A program made the translations under genes and the position numbers. From Candidatus Lindowbacteria bacterium RIFCSPLOWO2_12_FULL_62_27 (lineage in GTDB: Bacteria > Lindowbacteria > 2-12-FULL-62-27), in contig MFPR01000043.1 in NCBI GenBank assembly GCA_001784175.1, positions 186,001-211,308 on the forward strand: DNA of 25,308 bases. Reading direction: 5' to 3'. The first letter of the stretch is position 1, and each line of letters opens with the position of its first letter. Below are positions 17,425 to 25,308 of this stretch, in pieces. The notes beneath the pieces were generated by a model that saw only the letters and a program-made list of their open reading frames with translations, was not told the origin of the DNA and made no database searches.

Positions 17425-17744
17425 ACAAACCGGTGACCGTTCGACTGCCTGCGCAACTCCTCGGCGAAATCGGCCGGCTTGCCAGGCGCGAGGGAACGAA
17501 CAAGGGGACGATGGTGCGGGAACTTATGGAAGAGGCAGTCCATGCGCGCCGGACGGCCGCGGTTTTGAAAGACTATCGTGAAGGACGCCTGTCGGAGGGC
17601 GAGGCCTGCAGGGAATTGCGTCTTGACCGATGGGATTTTCTAACCCTGCTTTCGGAAAGAAATCTGGACAGAAATGTCGCCCTCGAAGATGCCCTGAATG
17701 CGCGGTCCCTGTCTGCCGGAAGACCCGGCGACAGGTACCGATGA
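17421..17744 (+). CDS. Putative antitoxin: RHH N-terminus + UPF0175-like HTH
   Basis: RBS AAGGAGG and ATGA overlap with the toxin gene. PVTVRLP...RELMEEA (RHH) then YREGRLSEGEACRELRLDRWDFL..LSERN. Confidence 0.82.
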   Translation: MNKPVTVRLPAQLLGEIGRLARREGTNKGTMVRELMEEAVHARRTAAVLKDYREGRLSEGEACRELRLDRWDFLTLLSERNLDRNVALEDALNARSLSAGRPGDRYR

Positions 17745-17927
17745 CGCCCATGTCATGCCACGCTGACCTATACGGTTGATGTCGCGACCGCTTTGTTTCA
17801 GGCGGTCAAACCGTATCTGGTCGCGCCGGTAGCGGACCTGAAACTGTACCCAACGGGCGAAATAATTCATCGGATTTTTTTCACGGGAATCTGTAAGTTG
17901 CTGATGCCCCCATGATATACAGCTTGC

Positions 17928-18012
17928 GGAGAGGTGTCCGAGTGGACTAAGGAGCACGACTCGAAATCGTGTGACCCTCGCGGGTCCGTGGGTTCAAATC
18001 CCACCCTCTCCG
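17928..18012 (+). tRNA. tRNA-Ser(CGA), CCA not encoded
   Basis: Acceptor stem GGAGAGG/CCTCTCC with discriminator G. Anticodon stem CACGA/TCGTG, loop CTCGAAA. Long variable arm. T-arm GTGGG-TTCAAAT-CCCAC. Confidence 0.97.
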
Positions 18013-18025
18013 AGTACTGCGGCGC

Positions 18026-18409
18026 TCACGATTCCTTCTCTGATAACAGCAATTTAATTTTGTCCATCAGCGCCCGGTCTTCGGCGCCTTTGATAAATAA
18101 ATCGATCGCGCCGGCCGCCAAGGCACGGTCTCGGACGTCGGGACTTTGCTGGGAAGTATAAATCAGAATCGGCAGTCCGGTTAATGTCGGAATATGGGCC
18201 AGACTCACTATGAAGTCGAGACCGCTCAGCCAGCCTGGCATGTTGATGTCGAGGACGATCAAGTCCGGCCGGTTCCTGGTCGTCGACCACTGACCCTTGA
18301 CCGGCGTGGTTTCGCCGTCCGCCTCGTATCCCGCTTCCTCCAATCGGCCTTTGAGAACGTCAATCAGGTCCTGCTCGTCGTCGATGATCAGGATTCGTTT
18401 TTTAGCCAT
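18026..18409 (-). CDS. Single-domain response regulator (receiver)
   Basis: ILIIDDE, PDLIVLDINMPG, PILIYTS, AGAIDLFIK. Confidence 0.92.
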   Translation of the reverse strand: MAKKRILIIDDEQDLIDVLKGRLEEAGYEADGETTPVKGQWSTTRNRPDLIVLDINMPGWLSGLDFIVSLAHIPTLTGLPILIYTSQQSPDVRDRALAAGAIDLFIKGAEDRALMDKIKLLLSEKES

Positions 18410-19607
18410 GTTTTGGAAGCCTCACAACAAAATTTGCCCCCGGCCGGCCGCCTCGGTCTGTCGCCTGGACGGTTCCGCCATGCGATTCGACAATACCTTT
18501 CACGATCGACAATCCCAGGCCGCTGCCGGATTTGTTCTGGTCCGGCATCTGCTTGCCCCGATAAAACTTATCAAACAACTTGGGCAGGTCGTTCTCGTCG
18601 ACTCCCGGACCGTCGTCTTCAACCCAAATCAGGCATTCTCTCTCCTCGTCCACCACCCGCACCTCAACTTTCGACGCGGCAAAGCGGATGGCGTTTCGAA
18701 CCAGATTTGTAATGACCTGTTCCATGCGGTCGGAATCAATGTTGAGGACAATCCCGGGCGCGGCGTCCACGGACGGATATTGAAGCCGGATGCCGCGCTC
18801 TTCGGCCGTCGGCGCGAGGGATTGGCACGCAGAACGGACGGGCTCATGAATGTCGGTCAATTGCGGTCGCAGCGAAAAACGGCCGCCTTCGAGCTTCATG
18901 AGATCGACCAAGTCGGCCGTGAGATGCTGGAGTCTCGCCGCACTTCGATGAATCATGCCCAGATATTTGGCTTGCTTCTCATTGGGCGCGTCGATGGTTC
19001 CTTTCAAAAGGTCGACGGCGCCCGCCGCAACAGCGATCGGCGAGTTTAACTCATGGGTCACCATGAACATAAAATCACTTTTCATTTTGTCGAGTCTCTC
19101 GCGTTCCGCGACCATTTGGTTGAAATGAGAGGCCAGGATCTCGAACTCATCGCCGGAACGGATGTCCACCCTCTGCACGGGGTCCCCCCGGTTCACACGG
19201 TCGGTTGCCGAGACAAGTTGATCAATGGGCCGCACGACGCTTCGGGTGATGAAATAGACGCTGAATGCGCCGACGATGACTCCGCCTAGAATCAAGGCCA
19301 GAATCCGACGCTCCGTCCGGTCAGCCGTTCGATGGGCGGCCTGTTCGGCCGAAACCAGGTTGCTTCTGATTTTGACCCGGATTTGTTCGTTTAGTTTCGA
19401 GTCGATTTCTCGCTGATCGTCGATGCCAATTTCCATCTCGTGGGAGGCGGCATTCCGCGGCTCCTTGATTTCGACGAGCTCCGTAAACCTGTCGTGAACA
19501 GATCGTATCCCCAGTTGAGCAAATATCCCCAGGAATACAAACAGGAACAAAAGAACACCAACAGCCAGCAACAATTTACGTCGTATTCCGAAGCGCATGA
19601 TGATCAT
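18402..19607 (-). CDS. Membrane HAMP-HisKA-HATPase sensor kinase with short extracellular segment
   Basis: Two TM helices, HAMP (RPIDQL...DEFEILASHFNQM), THELNSP, QVITNLVRNAIRF, DDGPG, GSGLGLSI. Confidence 0.93.
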   Translation of the reverse strand: MIIMRFGIRRKLLLAVGVLLFLFVFLGIFAQLGIRSVHDRFTELVEIKEPRNAASHEMEIGIDDQREIDSKLNEQIRVKIRSNLVSAEQAAHRTADRTERRILALILGGVIVGAFSVYFITRSVVRPIDQLVSATDRVNRGDPVQRVDIRSGDEFEILASHFNQMVAERERLDKMKSDFMFMVTHELNSPIAVAAGAVDLLKGTIDAPNEKQAKYLGMIHRSAARLQHLTADLVDLMKLEGGRFSLRPQLTDIHEPVRSACQSLAPTAEERGIRLQYPSVDAAPGIVLNIDSDRMEQVITNLVRNAIRFAASKVEVRVVDEERECLIWVEDDGPGVDENDLPKLFDKFYRGKQMPDQNKSGSGLGLSIVKGIVESHGGTVQATDRGGRPGANFVVRLPKHG

Positions 19608-19655
19608 CCTTTAGTGGATTGGCCGCTCTTTTTAGAAACGCTCCGACAAACGGTG

Positions 19656-19695
19656 TAATTGTCGTAGGATGGGACGTCCCATCCTACGACAATTA
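19656..19695. repeat. Perfect 40-bp palindrome (GTAG...CTAC, REP-like)
   Basis: TAATTGTCGTAGGATGGGAC|GTCCCATCCTACGACAATTA is its own reverse complement. Confidence 0.95.
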
Positions 19696-19750
19696 TCTGG
19701 CCTCTCACCTTCGGCTGTTGACCGCCCACCCACACATGTAGTTATCCGTT

Positions 19751-20200
19751 TTATCGGATTTTCACATCCAACGTCTTCGGCTTCGCATCCGCGCGCTTCG
19801 GCAGCACCAGCGTCAGCACGCCATCCTGGAACTGTGCGTCAACCTTTGCCATGTCCACCGTGTTGGGCAGACGGAACGACCGACGGTATGTTCCGGACGA
19901 TCTCTCAATCAGGTGGTAATCCGTGCCATCCGTCTGTTTTTCCTCTTTCTTCTGCGCCTCAAGAATCATCACATCGTCCTCCACGGTGATCTTGATGTCG
20001 TCCTTTTTCAGCCCGGGCAGATCGGCTTTGATCAGCAACCTGTCCTTCTCCTCGATGATGTCCACAGCCGGGGACAGTCCGACCGCTGCTACCGGCCGCG
20101 CCGTTCCTCCGTCGTTGAATACCCGGTCCAACACCGAGTGAAAATCGAGCAAGTCCTCCATCGGACTGCGGCCTCCGTTGCGCCATTTGGTCAATGCCAT
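19751..20200 (-). CDS. Hsp20/alpha-crystallin small heat-shock protein
   Basis: PAVDIIE, ADLPGLKKDDI, IERSSGTYRRSFRLP, DGVLTLVLPK. ATG 20200 with RBS AGGGGG. Confidence 0.95.
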   Translation of the reverse strand: MALTKWRNGGRSPMEDLLDFHSVLDRVFNDGGTARPVAAVGLSPAVDIIEEKDRLLIKADLPGLKKDDIKITVEDDVMILEAQKKEEKQTDGTDYHLIERSSGTYRRSFRLPNTVDMAKVDAQFQDGVLTLVLPKRADAKPKTLDVKIR

Positions 20201-20337
20201 GGTGTATTCACCCCCTGAATTTGTCTTACCCGTATAACGCAATACACGGGTTTACAGTGTCCAAATAATTTCGATCTATTTCTCGACGGACAACCCCCGT
20301 CTCATGGGAACATGATAAACCGGAGCGTCGCACCGGA

Positions 20338-20372
20338 CAATCAGGGCAACATCTCAATCTTCTATCAGGGAA
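20338..20372 (-). promoter_or_regulatory. Left copy of 35-bp inverted repeat (putative response-regulator site upstream of hsp20)
   Basis: Its reverse complement matches 22271-22305 at 31/35 positions. It overlaps the palindrome ATCAGG-GAATT-CCTGAT (20364-20380). Confidence 0.7.
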
Positions 20373-20405
20373 TTCCTGATCTGTTTGAATCTATTCCCCC
20401 AGAGC

Positions 20406-20445
20406 ATTGGGGTCTCCCCGATAGAAAAATCAGGGATTTCCCTAT
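20406..20445 (+). promoter_or_regulatory. Tandem 17-bp boxes upstream of the PAS kinase
   Basis: ATTGGGGTCTCCCCGAT (20406-20422) and ATCAGGGATTTCCCTAT (20429-20445), both resembling 20364-20380. Confidence 0.6.
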
Positions 20446-20480
20446 TCCAAGATGGCTTCCTGTACGTATAATGAAAGTGT

Positions 20481-21575
20481 ATGAGGAAAACCGGTTCCAA
20501 ATCCACTTCGCCAACGGCTCCAACGCGTATGGCGCATGCTTTACAGGCGTCCGAAGTCCGATACCGCCGGTTGTTTGAGGCGGCGCAGGACGGCATTTTA
20601 ATTCTCGACGCGGGCACGGGCCGCATCACCGATGTCAACCCGTTCCTGATGACGTTATTGGGTCTTGGTCGAGACAAGTTTATAGGCAGGCGGCTCTGGG
20701 AGATCGGCCTGTTTCAAGATGTGGAGAAATCCAGAAGCGCGTTCAAACAATTACAACGGGACGGATATATCCGGTACGAGGATTTGCCGCTTGAGACATC
20801 GGACGGCCGCTACATCGACGTTGAGTTTGTGAGCAACGTATACCAGGCAGATGGCGCCCGCGTGATTCAATGCAACATCCGGGACATCACGGAGCGCAAG
20901 CATGTGGAAGTGGAAAAAGCCATTTTGGACACGGTTGAGGGAGAGCAACGGCGCATCGGACAGGATTTGCACGACGGGTTGTGTCAGCAATTGACGGGTG
21001 TGGCGCTTCTCGCCAAGGCATTGGCGCAGAAGCTGGCCGCCAGGACGCCGCCGGACGGCGCTTCCGAAGCGACCGAAATAGCCGAGTTGGTCAACCGGGC
21101 CATTGATCAAACACGCGATCTGGCCAGGGGTCTTTCGCCGCTGGAAATCGAGGACGGGGGACTCCTCCCCGCATTGCAAATTTTTGCCGCCACGATAGAG
21201 CGGCTCTACCATATTTCATGCCTGTTTACGTTTGATGAACTCACGGGAACTCAACATCCGTACAGGCCGCGTTTGGCCACGCATTTGTACCGAATTACCC
21301 AGGAGGCGGTCAATAATGCCATCCAGCATGGGAAGGCCAAGCACATACGCATTGGCATGACCACGGTTCACGACCGCGGGGTCCTGGCGATTCAGGATAA
21401 TGGGGTTGGGATTGTGAGCGGTCATGGGAAAAAATCGGGCATGGGTTTGCGAAGTATGCGGTATCGAAGCAGGATGATCGGCGCGCAGTTGAAGATTGAA
21501 AAAGGCGCGGGCGGTGGGACCGTTGTCACCTGCTCATTTCCGTATCAGCCCAAGGCGAGGCCTCCCAAAGTATGA
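20481..21575 (+). CDS. Cytoplasmic PAS + HisKA_3 sensor kinase
   Basis: PAS (YRRLFEAAQDGILILD...NIRDITERK), EQRRIGQDLHDGLCQ, YRITQEAVNNAIQH, DNGVG, GMGLRSM. No TM helix. Confidence 0.93.
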   Translation: MRKTGSKSTSPTAPTRMAHALQASEVRYRRLFEAAQDGILILDAGTGRITDVNPFLMTLLGLGRDKFIGRRLWEIGLFQDVEKSRSAFKQLQRDGYIRYEDLPLETSDGRYIDVEFVSNVYQADGARVIQCNIRDITERKHVEVEKAILDTVEGEQRRIGQDLHDGLCQQLTGVALLAKALAQKLAARTPPDGASEATEIAELVNRAIDQTRDLARGLSPLEIEDGGLLPALQIFAATIERLYHISCLFTFDELTGTQHPYRPRLATHLYRITQEAVNNAIQHGKAKHIRIGMTTVHDRGVLAIQDNGVGIVSGHGKKSGMGLRSMRYRSRMIGAQLKIEKGAGGGTVVTCSFPYQPKARPPKV

Positions 21576-22261
21576 AAAAAATTCCGGTGCGTCCGGCAAC
21601 GAAAGCCAAACAGGCGAAAGTTTTCATTGTGGATGACCATCCGATTGTGCGGCGAGGATTGGCCCAACTCATCAATCAGGAAGCAGATCTTGTTGTTTGC
21701 GGGGAGGCCGAGACGATACAGGCAACCCTGGACCAATGGGAGAAGTCGGCGCCCGATGTGGCGCTTGTGGATCTTTCGCTGAAAGCCGAAAGCGGCCTCG
21801 AGCTCATCAAGGACATCAAAGTCCGGTACCCCGCGGTTCCGGTACTGGTGCTGTCCATGCACGACGAGACATTCTATGCCGAACGTGCGATACGCGCGGG
21901 AGCCGAAGGGTATATCATGAAACAGCAGGCGAGCGACCTTGTTTTGGCGGCGATTCGGCGAGTTTTGGGCGGGGAGATTTACCTGAGCGAACCCATGGCG
22001 GCAAAAATTCTGCGGAGAGCCTCCGGGGAACAACCCGATCAACTGCCTTCGCCCATGGAGCGTCTCAGCGACCGCGAGCTGGAAGTGTTCCGATTGATTG
22101 GAACGGGTCTGGGAACCCGCAAGATTGCCGAACAACTATCCCGCAGCGTGAAAACGGTGGAAACCTATCGTGAGCATATCAAGGAGAAACTGGATCTGAA
22201 GGGCGCATCCGAGCTGACCCAGGCCGCGTTTCAATGGTTGCAAAGTCAAAACATGAAATGA
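21572..22261 (+). CDS. NarL/FixJ-family response regulator (REC + LuxR HTH)
   Basis: VDDHPIVRRGL, LVDLSL, VLSMHDE, GYIMK, LSDRELEVF, SVKTVETYREHIKEKL. Confidence 0.96.
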   Translation: MKKIPVRPATKAKQAKVFIVDDHPIVRRGLAQLINQEADLVVCGEAETIQATLDQWEKSAPDVALVDLSLKAESGLELIKDIKVRYPAVPVLVLSMHDETFYAERAIRAGAEGYIMKQQASDLVLAAIRRVLGGEIYLSEPMAAKILRRASGEQPDQLPSPMERLSDRELEVFRLIGTGLGTRKIAEQLSRSVKTVETYREHIKEKLDLKGASELTQAAFQWLQSQNMK

Positions 22262-22270
22262 TGCCGGTGT

Positions 22271-22305
22271 TTCCCTGATAGAAGATTGCGTGGTTGCCCC
22301 GATTG
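22271..22305 (+). promoter_or_regulatory. Right copy of 35-bp inverted repeat (upstream of the secreted-protein gene)
   Basis: TTCCCTGATAGAAGATTGCGTGGTTGCCCCGATTG; 31/35 identical to the reverse complement of 20338-20372. Confidence 0.7.
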
Positions 22306-22405
22306 AATCCCTTCGGCCGATGCCGTATGAAGAGGTGCAGGCACGTGTCCGGCAGACCATATCGCCTGTGATTGAATGGACACTCAGCCATGAAGGGGGA
22401 TTCAA

Positions 22406-22840
22406 ATGAAAACTAAACTGTTCCTGCTTTGCCTGTTCTCAGCGGCGCTCGCATTTCTTTGGCCTGTGACCGTTCCCACATCGGTCACTGCGGCGGTCGT
22501 ACCGGAGTGGAAGATTCCGGCTGCCGCCCAAGGATTTTTGGGAACACTTTCGGGAGAAGTCGTCTCGAAGATTGAAGGAGAGAACACCTTTGTTTTAAAG
22601 GTGAAAGGAATTGCCAATGAGGCCAGGGAGAGCAAGGCGAAGAAGTCCGCCAAGCTAAAAGGCGAAAAAGCCCTGATCTTCATCAACAACAATTTCAAAG
22701 ACGGAAAAATGACCCCGGACGAAACCCAGATCCAATTCATCAAAGAGGTCAAAAAGGGGGCCAAACTGGAAGTAGCCGTCAGAAGTGATGGCAATTCCCG
22801 GCTTCGGATGACCGAAGTTCCCAAGGTGATCAAAAAGTAG
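22406..22840 (+). CDS. Exported Lys-rich hypothetical protein
   Basis: RBS GAAGGGGG and a signal-peptide-like N-terminus (MKTKLFLLCLFSAALAFLW), followed by a small beta-rich domain. Confidence 0.75.
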   Translation: MKTKLFLLCLFSAALAFLWPVTVPTSVTAAVVPEWKIPAAAQGFLGTLSGEVVSKIEGENTFVLKVKGIANEARESKAKKSAKLKGEKALIFINNNFKDGKMTPDETQIQFIKEVKKGAKLEVAVRSDGNSRLRMTEVPKVIKK

Positions 22841-22877
22841 GCCGGAATTCAGGAATCGTGAAAGGGGGGAATGTTCA

Positions 22878-23045
22878 ATGGAGACCGTAGCATTGCCAGT
22901 CAAGGCGTTGAATGCTCTTTATGTGGAGGACGACCCGGACCTCTTTACGTTGAACCGCAAGCTTATCGTGACGGACCGTCTAACACCGTGGCTGGAGCCT
23001 TACCATCTCCCGGAAGACCATTCGAAGGGTGATCGGTTTCTTTAG
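22878..23045 (+). pseudogene. Receiver-domain remnant (55 aa)
   Basis: RBS AAAGGGGGGA. My translation METVALPVKALNALYVEDDPDLFTLNRKLIVTDRLTP... joins a receiver beta1/alpha1 segment directly to a beta3-like IVTD motif. Confidence 0.6.
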
Positions 23046-23137
23046 GCCACACTTAAACACACATGGAATTCCGGGCCTGTCCGCCTTGGGCGGCCGGGGC
23101 CGGAGGAACATCCATGACAGAAGGAGGAGTCAGTTGT

Positions 23138-25083
<1,946 letters not shown>

Positions 25084-25103
25084 TCAAGATTGGTTTCTGG
25101 AAT

Positions 25104-25308
25104 TTGCGCAACTTGACGGCTAGATTCCGCGGAAATCGGTCGGCCACGGATTACGCCGGCGACGAGCCGCCGCTGCGATCGGAGCTGTTCAGTCGCGACC
25201 AGATGGACCAGCATGGCAAGACCCTGGCGGGCTCGCACAAGTTGGGTCTGGGGCGCGCCCCGGGACGGCTCCTGGCGCGGCTGGCTGAGAATGAAAGCGT
25301 CCTGATTG
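25104..25308 (+). CDS. ndvB: Cyclic beta-1,2-glucan synthase (NdvB/ChvB/Cgs family), N-terminal fragment running off the window
   Basis: My translation ...DEPPLRSELFSRDQMDQHGKTLAGSHKL...RLLARLAENESVLI resembles the N-terminal motif of this family as I recall it. Start (TTG 25104 or 25113) is uncertain; absent from the ORF track. Confidence 0.75.
   Translation, partial: MRNLTARFRGNRSATDYAGDEPPLRSELFSRDQMDQHGKTLAGSHKLGLGRAPGRLLARLAENESVLI

Noticed and set aside
17640-17957. 105-aa minus-strand ORF between the antitoxin and the tRNA
   Set aside because: Overlaps both the tRNA and the antitoxin, with no motif or clear RBS.
20201-20251. Short hairpins upstream of hsp20 (ATTCA-GGGGG-TGAAT around the RBS; CCCGT...ACGGG)
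   Set aside because: Stems are short and there is no ROSE or fourU signature; not supportable without folding and expression data.
20338-20445. CRISPR-like array from the repeated boxes
   Set aside because: Repeats are short, degenerate and irregularly spaced, and there are no cas genes.
22841-23137. CIRCE operator or RNA thermometer upstream of groES
   Set aside because: No CIRCE match; only 4-bp pairings around the RBS, too weak to call.

Overview
GC-rich bacterial chromosome segment in four blocks. (1) 1-10957, + strand: the 3' part of a large exported protein with a degenerate CFI-box-like C-terminus, a palindromic REP-like element, a membrane-anchored beta-rich protein and an orphan sugar-binding lipoprotein, then aroE-pilD-aroC-aroQ-M24 peptidase-efp-accB-accC. 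Two genes here have lost their modifiable lysine: EF-P has the loop KMQMR (Met34) and AccB has SSMEI in place of EAMKM, although the neighbouring biotin carboxylase looks catalytically intact. (2) 10946-15785, - strand: an operon of dihydropyrimidinase, CobW GTPase, ElbB with a 3x17-aa repeat tail, a GmhB-like HAD::DJ-1 fusion and a tandem ACT protein. (3) 15859-18012: a CheX-like protein lacking its catalytic motif, a small ORF, a toxin-first PIN/UPF0175 pair and tRNA-Ser(CGA). (4) 18026-end: an island-like stress/signalling block with a receiver, a HAMP kinase, a perfect 40-bp palindrome, hsp20, a PAS kinase + NarL regulator bracketed by a 35-bp inverted repeat (probable regulator boxes), a secreted protein, a receiver remnant, groES-groEL and the start of a cyclic beta-1,2-glucan synthase. 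All family calls come from motif recognition by eye; no searches were run.
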